Source of the DNA: Takakia lepidozioides
Taxonomy: Eukaryota; Plantae; Bryophyta
Direction: 5' to 3'
DNA length: 64,000 nt
NCBI GenBank assembly: GCA_030704615.1
Contig: CM060733.1
Span: 37,386,001-37,450,000, forward strand
The notes below the pieces were generated by a model that was not told the DNA's origin, searched no databases, and was given only the letters and a program-made list of their open reading frames with translations. Made by a program: the position numbers and the translations under genes. Positions 10,501-25,500 of the stretch are shown here, piece after piece. The first letter of the stretch is position 1. Every line of letters begins with the position of its first letter.

Positions 10501-13500
10501 ATGGGAATGTTGAAGAACATGTTCTGACCAGCTATCTGACAGGGTTCTGTGTGTGAGCAAGCAGTGATGGTCCACTCTGGGTCCAAGGGGGCTCATTTGT
10601 ATTTCGTATGTCTTAGGATCCCCCGATCACAATCAGCAGTTAATATTCATGAGGATGTCATGAAGTACTGTGGAATTGTGTTGTAGTCCAGGGCATTGTT
10701 TCACTCACTTGCTGGAATGCTGAACATCAGGTCTGAGCAGGCAATGGAGTTTGAGCAAGGTGAAGTGATGGTGGTTGATAACTCTGTACCTATCGATGAG
10801 GCCGCAGCCACTGGTAACAACTCACATTCTGTAGACCTGGACTGAGATGTCTCTGGTTCTTTATTGTCATGTTGTGGTGTCCAAAGGCTTTTGTGCTCAT
10901 GTTGCTCAAGGTTTGCTCAGGTGTGGAGGATGTTGATGAGTACGAGTTGGTGGATCCTGTGGAAATTCTAGTCCCCTTGGGAAAATCAAGCTTTTGGGAG
11001 GGAGTGGTAAGTTGTGCTCCTTGTTCTGAATATTTTTCTGAATTCGTAGTACCTTGGGCAGTTTGTTGTTTTTTATGTGGAATGCTTGCTGATAGTAGCT
11101 CCGTGATGATGGCACTTGGGACTAGTGTAGGTTGTAAGGATTCAGATCGCTGAAATATGGACCCACTAATCTTGAAGGCTATGTTGATGGCCTACATCAA
11201 AGACTAAAACATGTTGCCACTCCCTGCCTCGCAACTTGGAGGAATCAAACACAGGAGGTTTGAGTCAAACCAAAAGTGGCCATTGTGAAGTAGCTTGCCT
11301 GAAGGTGGTTACCTGTTGTCGTACTTTTGTAGAAAGCTGCCAAATGGTCTGAAAGGCGTGACGCTGTGGCAGAGCTTACAAAGCTTGCTTCAGCCAAAAG
11401 ACTCGCTGCTGGCGACTATACAGAAATCTCTCGATGCCTCAAGAAGGTAAGCAAGCACCAGCAGTTGTTTGCTTACACTTGGATAGCAATCAGAGTAATC
11501 TGGAATTATGGTTTGTAAGACAATATCCTCCCCACCAGGCTGGGTTTTCTAGTGAATTGTCTTTCCACGTTGGATGAATTGCATGAAATACTCCACAGAA
11601 TGACTATTCAGGGAGTTTTGGCTGTGGTAGTGCAGCCCTGTTAAGTTTGTTTGTCCTATTACACAACGGCTTCTGGAGTTTAGGAAGTAGGAATGCCATT
11701 GTTCCGAGAACTACGTTGTTATTTTAATAGTGCACATGGTTATGCTCAGCTTGTAACAGATGTGAACATAGCGGTAGCGGTTGAAGCAGTACAAGCAATG
11801 GGCAACTTGGCTAGGGGGCTACGAAAGGACTTCGGTGCCAGTTCCAGACTGCTGCTCCCTCTGTTATTGGTGCGGATTTTGTTCTTTCAAAAATTTCAGT
11901 GTTTCTGCCTAGCATTTCACGATATCTTAATAATGCCTTTTGTTGACTGGGTTGCTCTCATTTCTGAAGGTCGTGTTTGATTTCTTTAGGATTTTACTGG
12001 AGTTGGCGTCAGTTTGAACTGTTTCCTTTTTCTCTCAGGACAAACTGAAGGAAAAGAAGCAGGTTATGGCGGAGGCTTTGACACAAACACTTCAGGCTAT
12101 GCACCAGAGTGGATGTATTCTCCTGATTGATGTGGTTGAAGGCAAGTTGATATGGCTATGCCTATCTTTTGGAGCATATCTGGCCTGTGTGTTCTAAAGC
12201 CAATTCTGCACAAATCAAATACATCGTGCGGGTCCTGATTGTTTGGTCACTTTTGTTTGTGAGTAACTGGTATTCACTGTATTACTGTGGTCTTGGGTGT
12301 CTATTCGTGTCTGACATGTAGGATCCATGTACTGAAGCCATTAAGGTCTAATTTGTTCAAGCTTGAAGTAAAAGTGATGTACTGCTGTGTTTGTTTTTTA
12401 TTTGTGCTTGCAGAAGTGAAAGTGGCCACCAAAAATAAAGTTCCATTAGTGCGATCCTTGTGTTTAAGCTGGGTTACATACTGCATCGAGTCAAGTAATA
12501 AAGCCACTGTGCTTAAGTTACACAAGGATTATGTTCCCATCTTGATGGAGGTAAATTAAAAGCAGCTACATGTTCTAACTTGGCTTTCCGTTTGTGATAG
12601 ATGCCTGTTGCAAATTTCTTATCGTTTTAGGTTGTTTCTTGGAGGTTGTTTCTTGCAATTTAAAGTCATCCGTTGTCATTGTGGGCAGAGTTTAAATGAT
12701 GGTTCTCCAGAAGTTCGGGACTCTGCATTTCTGGCTCTTGCTGCAATTGCCAAGGTGAGTCCAGCTAAAGATGCTCTTTCTGCATTAAATCGTCTTCTAT
12801 TTCCCCTCAGATGTTCCCTTGACCCACCAGTTGATTTGGAGAAGTTTCTAGTGTTTTCAATTGCTGTAGTGCTGAATGAGGGGGAGCTTGCAGATGGTGG
12901 GCATGAAGGTGCTGGAGAGGTCTTTAGAGAAGCTGGATGATGTGAGGAAGAAAAAGCTTATTGAGTTGATTGGTCCCTCTCTGGGTGGGCCAGCCCCATT
13001 AGTGCCAGGTGTGCTATTTAAGCTTCACATTTCACCTTTTGATTCGGTGGCAAGGATATAGGAGTAGGATTGTTTGTAGTTATGTTTGTTCCTACAAGAT
13101 TTAATGTTGGAAGGTACTTCTGTTCAACTGATGTTCTCTCTGCAAATTGTTGGCAGTCTTATCTAGAGGGCCTGTATCCAGCGGCGGTGGAAGTTCAAAT
13201 GATGATGTAAGGTTTATGCTCCTATAAGTTTGTTTATGTACAAGCCTGATTGTTTGCGTCGGTACTTTTTAATCTCTCTGTGATAGTTACTTCTGCTTCC
13301 AGGTTTGTTTTATGTTGTCTGCTGGTGATTGCAGTTGTCTCTCAAGTTAGCTTTCTCTCTTGTGCTCAAGCTGAAATGCTGCAACAGGTTGCTGATGGTG
13401 GTGGGAAACGGACTGCTGCAAGCTTGTTGTCAAATAAAAAATTGACAACTCCATCAATGGTTGGCCAGTTTTTGGTTTTTGTAAATTCTAGTTATTCATT

Positions 13501-16500
13501 TAAGAAAGTGATGCGTGGTTTTTTGGATACCAAGTTGGCTGCCTTGTCTGTGTAAATACGGCTGGTATGTGGTTTACATTGGTTGTGTCTCACCATGGGA
13601 AGCGGGGTGCTTCTGGGGATCAGATGGTGAAAAAGGCTGGACCTGCCAAGCTGGGTACCGGAAAGAAGACAGAGGGTGGTGCAGGACAAAACAAGTCCCA
13701 GGGGGGTGACACAACTGAGGATATAGAGGTAGTATTTGTACTGCAGCCAATTTGGTTTTGGAGGCTGTGAAGCCATCTGTTAAAATTTATTGTGGTGCTC
13801 ATAGAGTTTGTATCCGAAGTAGGAAAAATACTGTAATTGTCAGTGCATAAAGAATCCATGGTGATTGGGTGCTGAGCTTGGAACTCAGTGTACTGGGGTG
13901 ATTGGCTGTGCACACTAATTTTGCTGGCGGGCCCTCTGTAGTGCAGCCTGGAGAGATGAGTTTGGAAGCCATTGAAGAGAAGGTTGGTGCTCTTTTTGAA
14001 CCAGATGTGCTCATTAATTTGAGGAGTGCTGTATGGAAGGAGCGTCTTGAAGGTGGGTCACTGGGTTTCCTGATGAGCTGATTACTGTTAATGTGTCTAA
14101 TCTCTTTCAAACTCACACCTATGCGCTTGAATGCCACTGCTGTCTGTGGTCCAGTATTGTGTGATTCATATCATTCAAAAAATCTTTTTCATGTGTTCTC
14201 CAGCTTTGAGGTATGTTTCTTGCATTGAAATCTGTCCGCGTCATGTCTTGCAGCTATGGGTTCGGTCAAGGAGTCAGTCGAAGCACTGCCGGATATTGAT
14301 GCACATGTTGAGCTGCTAATTCGTCTCCTTTCAGTTTTGCCAGGCTGGGCTGAGAAAAATGTTCAGGTTAGTAGGTGATGCTGGTCCCGTCTAGTTGTTG
14401 AAGTGGGGCTCTTTAGTTTGACAAATGCAGGGATAGGCCATGCTCCCGTGTTTTCTTACTATTGCATACTTTGTAGTGAGAGTGGTTCAGCCAAAAGCCT
14501 GTGGCATAGACCAGTGCCTGGTGTAGAGGGGTGAGGAAGGCGTTTGTGTGGGTTCCAGGACATTGCTATGTTGGTACCTTTGATGAAGCTGCCACTGTAA
14601 TGGATACAGGATACAGCTGTATTGGGATTTTCATTTTTCTCTCACAAATCTCTTGACCACAACATCCAGTTAATATGAAAACTCACCTGAGAATACTGCA
14701 GCTAGGAAGGTCACAGCTTTCTCACTGAGAACACCACTTTATGAGGTGTCTTTGTCCTCTGTCTGAAAGAGGTGCTATACAATAATGCATTTCTCAGTTT
14801 CAGCACCCGCATCCCAAATGTGGGCACGCAGGTACAGCAGAAAGCGATTGAAGTGGTTACATATATAGCACAAAAGGCGACAAGCTTCTCCAAGCGTTGT
14901 GTGGTATTATGTCTTGCAGGTGCGTGCTGAGTCTCGTAGGAATCCATGTATCCCTTCTGTTTCTGATGGAATCAAGGTAAATTGTTTGCCAAAACCATGG
15001 GATGCCTTATGTTTCAGAGCATGCATGTTGGGGAAGCCCAAACAGTGGAGCTTAGACAGGTTATTCTGGACATCAGTCTGGCCCAATTCTGCTCTGTAAT
15101 TCTGTCTGGAGGTTGGCCTGGGGAACGGATGCAGAGGACAGGAGATCAGAATAATAAACATTTGAAGTCCTGTGTAGTGCCTGAGCTCAATTGTGTAAAT
15201 GATTGCGTAGTTGAGGTGATTAGGAATTACATGTCAATTGGGGTGTTCGTCAATGGAGTTGAGAACAGGTTCCTGCCTTGCCAGCCATCCTCGGAGGAAA
15301 TCTGCTCATCAGCAGTGCTCTTTGCTGTAGCTAGGCAGGCGTTTGTCTGAGCTCAATAGTGTAGACGCGCATATAGTTGGAGGTCAGTAGGGGAGTGAGG
15401 TGAGACGGAAACCAGCCTGGTTGGAAACAATCTTGAATGAGTGCCGTGCTGGAGAGGTGAGTCTGTGCAAAAGAATGAGAAGATTGTGCTTTGCGTACAA
15501 TGCAATGGAGGTGTGAGCCAGCATTGTGTTTCCAGCAATCACAGCCACTGCCTTCTGCAGATATGTGTCTACCATGATGGTATCCACTATCCACCTATGT
15601 GTGAACTGTTTGCAAGGGCATGTTTCATCATGAACAGTGTAAGAGTTGGGTTCCTCAGCCAGTTGCTGCAGCCATGGCTCTGAAAGGTACCCAGAAATCC
15701 TCTGGAACATGTGAAAGGAGCCTCTAGGATTCCTACAGGTTTACTGCTCTGTAACTTGCAAGGTCTATACCGTCATAGGTCATAGACCAAAGAAGAGCCA
15801 AAGTTGCCCTTTCCAGCTCTTGTTTCATCTCCTAAGCCTGTAATTTCACCTATCTCGGTGAGGCACAGAAAAGGGACAGTGTACGTGACTTCTGCTTTGA
15901 GGTGCCTATTTATTTGTGGGAAAATTGCTGGGTGATGCAGGTGTAGTAGAGAGAGTTGCAGATTTGAAAACGAGGTTACAGGCTTCAAAATGTCTGACAG
16001 CATTTTGCGAAGCCGTTGGCCCAAACTTTGTGTTCATCAGGGTGCTACTTCTGCAGCCTGATGTCTTTTGGAAAGATACTGTTATTTGTTGTCGATAATT
16101 TAGGTTTCTTCATCGTTTCTATAGGTAGAAAATAATGGTTTGTTGACTTGTGGGCTTCTGGTTCACGTCGTTTTGCAGCCAGGTTGTCTTTGTTTTGTGT
16201 GTTTGTCTGCACCTCTGGTGGTTTGTTGTTGTGTTTAGACCTCTGGAGTGTTCTAGGCTTCGAATGCTAAAACAATGTCTTCACTGAGTCTTCCCATTAT
16301 GTTTCTGGAAAATGGACACAGCTAGATGTGGCTTTCTCATCTTTGCTGACCCCTTAAATGTGAGTTCAGCGTTGGTTATACACATACACACACACATTTA
16401 AGTTATCCATTTCATTTCTTCATTATTGTTACGTTTTCCCGTGCGAGTGTTGGTTGTACAGCTGTTCAAGCTTACGCAAGAGCACAAAAATCCAAAGGTG

Positions 16501-19500
16501 CTATCGGAAGGGTTTTCGTGGATGATAACAGCCCTTGAAGATTTTGGAGTGAGCCATGTGCCACTCAAGGTTAGCCCTTTACTCATCCTCTTGTTCGTTT
16601 AACCCATGTTAGAGCACTTGTTGTACCTGGTCTTCTTGAGGGGATCTTATCCTAAATGCAATGGACTGACAAGTTCTATTTTTATTGAATATTTTTTGTA
16701 TTGGTTTGAGGCAGTTGAGTTGAAGCACATCAACTGTCCTCTACACAAAACAGAAGTGTAGGGGTCATCTTTCTGCATTGCGGTATACTTACGGATCTGT
16801 GGGCTAGAGGGCAGTGATCTACTTTCTTGTGGGTTCTCATGAGGTCTAGAAGGTTTTAATCAGCATGTTGAAGTGTCTTTTATTGTAGGTATTTAACTAA
16901 TGATGAATCATCTTCAATTTTGGCAGGACCTGATCAATTTTTGTAAGGACATTGGACTGCAGTCGAGTGCTCCTGCAACAAGAAATTCAACCATCAAGCT
17001 TATCGGTGTCCTGCACAGATTTGTGGGCCCAGGTTAATGATTACAATCTCTCTCTGTCGGCATGGAAACTGGCAGAAAAGTGGTGACTAGAGGTAGAGTA
17101 GTTCATTTCTAGGTTTTCTGGTTCCCATCATCACCTTACTAACTCGTCATGTGTTGCAGATATCAAGGGGTTCTTATCAGATTTGAAGCCGACACTTCTG
17201 ACTGCTCTGGATGCAGAGTTTGAGAAGAACCCCTATGAGGTAACCTGCTTTTTCTGAAAAGTAGCTTCTCCTAATCATGGAGTAATAATATGATTCAAGC
17301 ATTAGCTTCCAGCATGGTTTTTATGTAATCTAATTTTGGAGGGTTGTTAAGTCTGTGTGTTGGTTTTGATAACCTTTGGGTCTGTCGACCAGGGACCTGT
17401 GATAGCCCCAAAAAGGGTCGTTCGCGCTGTAGAGAATGGGGCGCATGGCAGTGGGAGTGGAGGTGACGGCTTGCCTCGCGAAGATATTAGTGGAAAGTTG
17501 ACTGGAGCCCTAATAAAGAATTTGAGTAGTCCTGAGTGGAAGGTAACAAATCATTTGGCCTGGAAACTCAGATTGTTGTCCTGTCAACCATCATGTTTTC
17601 CTACAACTAGGTGTGGAGGGTGCCCATGCTGCTGCTTCATTTTAAACTGATCAAGAGATTTTGAATACTAGTGTATGCAGAAGGCTTGCATCCATTCCCC
17701 GTACTTTAATGTTCTGTTTTCCATCTTATCTGCTACAGGTTCGGCAAGAATCTCTGGAGGTTATCAATAAAATCATTGAGGAAGCACACAGGAGGATACA
17801 GCAAACTGGAACAGGTCTGTCATCCCCAGGATTGAATTTTCCCTAAGTTGCGAATCTTTCTTACTGGAAAGCTTTGGCTAGAGAAGGTGTGTTAAAACTT
17901 ATTTCAATTTTCTTAATCAGGGGAGTTGCTTGGAGCTCTGAAGGGAAGGCTCTGCGATTCCAACAAAAACCTAGTGGTCATGACGCTTGCCACTGTTGGT
18001 ATGATGGCTTCAGCCATGGGTCCGGCAATCGATAAGCAAAGCAAGGTTGGTGAATTCTGGTGTTAGGCATTCAACACACTCATTGTGGCTTCAATGTTGT
18101 TGGAAGGTTTCAGAGAGGAGGTTTTTTTTAAATCATTCCAATACTCATCTTACATATTCTTCTTATTCAGTGGCTTGTATGGTTGAATGTGTGCTGCAAT
18201 GTGGGTGCATTAGGGTTATTAATGTTAGTCGTTTGTTCCTGTTGTCGCTGTCTGATTATTCTTTCATGCAAGGATATTTATGTTGGGTTAGTTGGTTTTT
18301 CTATCTACAGGGGATTTTTGCAGATGTTTTGAAGTGCCTTGGTGATAACAAGAAATTGATTCGTGAAGCAGTTTTGAAGACCATGGACTCGTGGGTACTT
18401 GTATTGCAACTTGATAAGTTGGTACGTGGGTTGTTTTACTGAGGCCTTTTGAGTTATCTGTCTCCCTCCCATCAGAATCCAAGGTGGTTTTTGTACAGCT
18501 TGGCAGATATGCAGTTGCTTTCAGGTATCTGCCAGTCTGACTACATTGGCCAGGCTGAGATGCTCTGCAAACGATAAGAAGTACTTCTTTCCTAACACTG
18601 GGTCTATGGGTGGTAAAGGTAGATGTCCACAACTGCCCGGGAACACTGACAGAGAGTCTATGATTCTTTATCTGTGAGACCGACCACATTTTGAAGATGG
18701 GCATTCTTGATAGTTAAGAAGGGGGAGGAGTTGTCTTTCAGATGGACAGATGAGGTGTTCTTCATTTTCTTGCCTGGACAGCTTGGTCAGAGCCCGTTTC
18801 CTCACATTTATTTTGGTATTGGCTTGTGTAGAAGGTTAAGTGCACATGTTTTTGAAGATACGTAATAATTTAGATGGAGTGAATTTGCTTTGATCTCCTC
18901 AAACTTGGGTTAATTCTTCTATTTAACACCTTCCAATTAGGAGAGGTTGGAGGATGCACAAGCATTTTGGGCCAAGCATCTAGCTGGGGATGCCAACCAT
19001 TGTTAGGACTGTGGTTTTGCTCTTGTACTCCTATCTTCTCCCCTTATTTGGACCACCTTAGGTTAGGATGATTTTCAAGGGTAATCAGCCCTTGGCATGT
19101 CTGGACTAGCAGATCTGTTAGCCAAGCAGTATCACGTATTTGCAGCAGTCTTCAACTAGCTTCTAGAGATGTCCTTTTTGGTTGTTCAGTTAGCACTTCC
19201 TGCTGGGCGTTTTTCCTGCTGGCAGCCTCCCATTTTGGGTTCCTGCCTTCCTCCATCGATGGCAGCACTGCCACACATTTCCTGTGTGTTCTGCAAATAT
19301 GTGGGGTAGGCTTGGACAATAGCCTCAGGGGCAACTGAATGCTTTAGTTGCCGAATCTTGGACAGTGGGAATTCCAGGTTATCAGATATTTTGGTATTTG
19401 TGATCTCTGTGGTGGTTGTGTGGTCCTTCTCACTCTCTTCTTTCAACAAGTTTGTTTCTACAAGGTGGAATGAGGATTGACCCATCCTTTTGGTCTCAAT

Positions 19501-22500
19501 GTTTTGGTTAGAACTGTTTTGATGGAGGTGTGGACTTGCAGCTTCCATACATTATTCCTGCTCTGGGTGACTCAAAGATCTGCGCAGAGGGTCGCAAGGA
19601 TCTGTTTGAGTGGCTGAATGGTCAGGTGGCAAAACACAGCGATCAGCTGGGTTTGTTACAGCTGGTTAGGCCTATTGCAATCGGGCTACAGGTACTACTT
19701 TCTTAGAGAGGAGAAGCTGATTTGACTATCTTTTGAAAGTTTTCTGTCGTTGTCATTGCTGCTTTAGCATACCATTGGATACCTTCAGGTTATTCTACAC
19801 CAGAGATTGTTGTGGTTTTGGCAATATGCAGGACAAATCTGTGGAGATTCGAAAGGCAGCTGAATCACTGCTAATGGAGCTTATCAAGGTTTTTGATGTG
19901 GATTCGGTAAGGATGGAAATTTGTAGTTTCCTTTTAACCTCACAGGTTCGGCCAGAAGTCCAAGGAGCTGCACATATCTGTATTGGTGTCAGTTGGGAGA
20001 GGTAGTAAGTATGCAACTATGTGAAATGATCAATAGATTGTTCTTGCTCTCTTATGTGGTTCTACGTTTATCAGTAGTCATGATCAAACGTACCAATTTC
20101 CCCGGATAGCTCAGGATTGGTGTTCGTAGCAGCAGTACAGAGATCAAGTTATGTCTAGAAACAATGGTTGGTTCGAACATTGAATTTTCTTCTTGGCAGG
20201 CATGGAGTGAATGTGCATTTGAAATCCAGGAGTAGTATTAAAATGCTTGGTCCACCTGAACATTTAATTTCTTAAGTCGTATCTCTGGTAGGTGCATCAA
20301 TACGTCAGAGTCTCAAGGCTGGTGTCATTACAGGAGACATGTCCTTGTGCAAAATGGATACCCACCAAGTACATGCTTTTGCAGTTTTTGTGTTTGACCA
20401 TTTTGCAGATGTAAAGTCATCACGGAAGATATGATTATGGGACTTCAGTGCTTCTTGGACAATTATTTCCCATTTGCAAGACTATTGTAGCAAACTGCAA
20501 TGTGATGTGTCTGATCATGTTCATGGTGCTTTCTCTGAGTGTCGTGACCCTGCGGCAAGGCCCAGATCTCATGATAAGTTGATTGATCAGCATGAAACTC
20601 TGTGGTGAGTGGTTGTAATGAAAGTGTGTCCTAAGGCACAGAAGACTGGTGCAGGTGATGAAGGCAGCTAGGGGCATACAGGGCGCAGCACTTTCAGCGG
20701 TGCAGTGTATCATTGACCATCAAAGGTCCCTGAGTAAGTGCTTTGTGTCTGTTTCATTTGGGTCAGTTGGAAACTGTTGAATGCCAGGGGGAGACACTTC
20801 CTGTTTCATGTAGGGAAATTCTTATCTATATTCTTTGAGTAGTAGCTTCTCTACTTTTTCATCCTTGTGAAGAAGGTGGCTGACCAGTTGGTTTTTTCCC
20901 AGACTCAACTGACGAAGCAGGCCTTGAAGTGGTTATGACCAAAGCTGGAGTTAGAAGTAGTAAAGGGGCTCTTAATGGTTCCACAGATCGGGCCTCTGTT
21001 CGATCCACTTCCACAATTAGTCGCGCATCATCCAGCATAGTAAGCGTCTTCTTGAAGAATGGAACTCATTGTGGAAACCGCTAATCCGGAGGGGGGGGTT
21101 TTAGGGAATGTCAGAATCTGCTACTGAATTAACCTTCTGGTCATGGTAGATGGCTTTGGTTAAAGTGGTCCATGCTTTTGGAGTATGGTGAATTTTGGGT
21201 TGGTTTTAGGACTCACTGTGGAAATCTCTTGCTGTCCCCATTGCCTTATCCAAGTTTTACCTGTTATTTGGTGATTCTTCGTTCCAAGGCTTATCTTGTT
21301 TCTAAAACTGATCTGCATCTGTCAATTCATAACAGAGACATTCAGGATCAAAGCTTTCTGCTGCTTTTGTCGATACCCAGGATGCAGCTGTTCAAGGGCA
21401 GGCTCTCTTCATCTTAAAAGATTCACATAAGGTGCTCTTTCTTTCTATGAAGAACCACATTGAGCAACAAAAGTGTACACTCTCTGCTTTTGAAGTGTAC
21501 ACTACAAAGAGCCTCTAAAAAAGGACCATTCCAAGCTTGTCTGAGGGTCTTGCTGAGAATGTATAAGATACTCTTCTTGCCTGACACACCAAGAGTACCC
21601 AATCGAAGAGACAAGCCACTATTCTGAAGACCCTCAAGTCAAGACAGAAAGTTAATGCGAATCATACATTGTCCTCAGCTAATGCTTTTGGCTTCTGGTT
21701 GGGCCATGCTCATACAGCTGGGACAGCAATAAATGCAAGTGAATGATTGAGGATGCAGCTGTCTATGGATGAGGACTTGCACAGAAATAGTTAACTTCAG
21801 TGTGAAGATTTCAGTTTCAGTGGTACATAAATAGTAGGTGTATAGTCGTCATGTATATAGTTTTCACTCTCATGTAGATCTATAGCTAAATCACCTTATC
21901 TGATATATAGGCTGGTTGTTTCTTCTTCATTTTCCAATGAAATTTCTGTGATAAACTTGAGATAGTGCTTATTTGTTGTGCTGTATCTTGAACTATATCC
22001 GGCATAGGATGACTTGCAGATATCTCCCCTGATTTTGATTTTGGGTAGTTTTGAGCCCCCCCCCCTCTATCTTTTCCTGCTTTGATGGTTTCTCTGTGTA
22101 ACACCATTCCTTCGCCAAGAGAACAAACTTTTCGATAGCAGGACAGTCCAAGGTATCAACCAGCCTAAAAGTTCTAGCAACAATTGCGGTTTCCTGAGTA
22201 CATCAAGCCTCAATTCTGATTTGGGATTTTAATCTATATGTTAAGGGGGTGACTGCAGGTGGACAGAGAAAAGGCAGTATTACGCAAACTCAAATTTGAA
22301 GATCCCAGGCGTGAGCAAGTACTAGATGTAGAGGTGGGAATGGCATTGCACCCTCATTTGTTAGGACTCTTGGAGTCATGGACACCTTGTTTATGTGTTG
22401 ATGGTCTACATGGAAATACCATCCCTACAATTGTCTCTTGTCCATCTACCATTTTGTGCGTTCTGTGAGGAAGGCAGAGAGAAGCTTTGAAAATTCTCTG

Positions 22501-25500
22501 ACGCATTCTTTGCTGCAATGCTGTGACCTGCAGATTGATTTGGCCAAGTATTTCCGCGAAGATTTGCACCGAAGGCTCTTAAGTCCTGATTTTAAGAAGC
22601 AACTCGATGGCCTTGAAATGCTCCAGAAGGTTTGTTATTCACTTCTTGCTAGAGCCTATGTTTATCGTGAACTTGAAAGCGTTTTTGTTGAGAATAAATA
22701 GTGTTTCTTGGTATTTGCAGGCGATCCCACTTCATGTGAAAGAAATGGTTGAGATTTTGGACATTGTTCTCCGCTGGAGTGTTCTACGCTTCTGCGAATC
22801 TAATACGACCTGTCTCCTCAAGGTGATTGATGTGCAATATGTCTACAAGATGTGCTGAGGATGTTCTTACAAGTAATGGACGTTCTGTATCCCTGCTCGT
22901 AGTTCAGCATATTGGACTCTGATTCTGTGTTTGCTATGACACCCAGGTCATTGATTTCCTCTTTGAGTTATTCGAGGCTTTGAAAAATGAAGGCTATGCT
23001 CTCACTGAGCACGAGGGAAGCATCTTACTTCCATGTTTGGTGGAGAAGGTATGGGACACATTGGCTGAACCATATTGATATTCTAATTGTTTGTCAGTTT
23101 TAAATGACCTGCAATACTGTGTCAATCGAATTACAGCTTTCTAATGTGCGAGTTTCTTGTGTCAACTGCTATGAAACTGCAAGTCTTTGCAGAGACAGTT
23201 GGATTCTTACCCTCTGTTGTGTCAATTCCTGGTTGCAAACTGGGTGTATGTGAAGCAGATCTCCAGTATGCTCAGCACAATGTTCTTTTGTAGACTTTTT
23301 TCAAAGACAAGTTTGTTTTCTCTGCAGTCAGGACATAACATTGAGAAAGTTCGTGAGAAGATTCGTGAGTTAACCAAACTATTGTCCAGCATTCATCCTC
23401 CATACAAAGTTTTTCCTTTTATTGCTGAGGGACTACGCTCGAAAAACAATCGAACGAGGATTGAGTGTGTCGAGCACATTGGATTTATGATTGACCAGCA
23501 CGGAATAGAGGTAAGTTGCAATCAAGATGTTTCACGTTGGTCATGTAGCAGGTTTGAAAGCTTGGTTTTCAATCTACTCACTAGGATCACTTCAAACGTG
23601 TGCATTGGTGGTTTGATAGCAGGATCCTGACAAGTGGCTTCGAAATGGCCACCTTAAGGCCGTAGTATACTTCTCTAGCCTGTTTCTGGTTGGTCCTTTC
23701 ACGTACTGACTGACCTGATCTTGTTTCTCACTTTCTGATACGCAGATTAGTGGCTCAACAAAAGCTTTGCAGTCTGTTGTGGGGCTCACTGTAGAACGTG
23801 ACAGTGAGATTCGCAAAGCAGCTCTTCAAACGCTGGCAATCGCTTATGAAGTTCTTGGTAATTCATTAGACTTGCATCCTGAATTTTATTGTTCAGCTAG
23901 AAATTATAATATCGAATTGAAACTCACTTCTGCTACTCTGGACATTTGTACGGTCCTAGGTTAGACAGAACATTCTGCTCACCTGTTGATTGCATGATAG
24001 CACTGCTCTTAATGGACATTTTAGGCCTCTCAATCTGCCCTCACCTTCTTGTTGTGGCTTGATGTGAAATATGACAATGAGGGAAGAATTTACATGCATT
24101 CCTTGATTCAAATTGGCTCCAGGTGAGGACATATGGAGGTATGTGGGCAAGCTGTCTAGTGCACAAAAAGGCATACTCGATGAGAAGTTCAAGTGGAAGG
24201 TCAACATCTATGCTATTACTCTTTACTTTCCATTTATGTAATGGGTGCAAATATCAAGTCCATAGTGAGGCATTGGACGCATGACAGGAACATTTGGATG
24301 CAAAGAAGTCTTGAATTAAGTGGCTTTGTTTCTAATCTTGAAATGAATAGTTTTCCCACTGATCCAGGCGCGTGAAATGGATAAACGAAGGGAAGGAAAA
24401 CCTGGCGAGGCACGAGCTGCTGAGGCCCGAACAGCTGCCGTAAGACGGTCGGCTCTGGACAATAGGTATGTTCCATAGCCCAATCCACATGAGCCCCACC
24501 AGGTGTTCAGTGTTTTAGCTGCCTGTATTGTTCTCTGTAAAGTGTGCAGATAGTTTTTGGGCAAATCACACACAGCAGATTGATGCTTGTGTGAAGGGAT
24601 TTCTAGAGGATATCTGGAAAACCCGGATTAATTCTTTATATGGAGGTAAGTCTTACTACCAACGTCAGCCCCTGACAGAGGTAGGTTCTGTCCCTTTTGT
24701 TCCCGCTCAAACTGGGCGCGGGGTCAATGGCCACAAGGCTACGGCAAACAACGTCTTATGAGTACAATCTGTAAAGTGTGCAGTTGTCTGTTAATCTTTT
24801 TGCGAGGCTTAGGGTTTTGATGGATGAAAAGGCCAGAAGTGTCTCCAAGTGCCCCCACCACACAATGCTTTTTCCTCTTAGCCAATCAAACGATTCATTC
24901 TTTCTCTCTCTCTCTCTCTCTCGTTAGCTTATCCCTCTGTATCAGCCCCATCTTCAGTTGTCTGAAGACATAGCTACCCTGGGAGAGAACTAAATATTTC
25001 ATTTAGAATCTAGTTTGTCATCCATTGTATTATGAGGCGGGATGTTGTGTGTGACAGTTACTAATCATGAGAGCTGGCTTTACAACTCTCAATGGTTACA
25101 CGTACTTAAGTTCACACCTGTGAGTAGTTTCGTGAATATTCGTAGATGCAAATATAGATTAATCACAATTGTCCACCTTGTTGGTCTCAATTGCAATCAA
25201 TCTGCTTCAGTATATTAATGGTATAGTTTTTCTATTATCTGTGGCATGTCAGTGCTGGAATCAGCAATGGACACATAGATGTGCCCATGGAGCTGTCACG
25301 TTCAGGAAATGCAACTGTGGGGTGTTCTTTAGACTGGAATGAGGCGCTGGACATCATCAACTGTGCGACATCTTCAGAGCAGGTCTGTAAACCTCACAGC
25401 TCCCATTTGAAACCAGTAATTGCATACAGAGGGTGGGTACTGCTGGGCTCTATTTGTATATAGCTGGGTAAGGAAAGCTTGAGGGAAGGTAGTCACTAGG

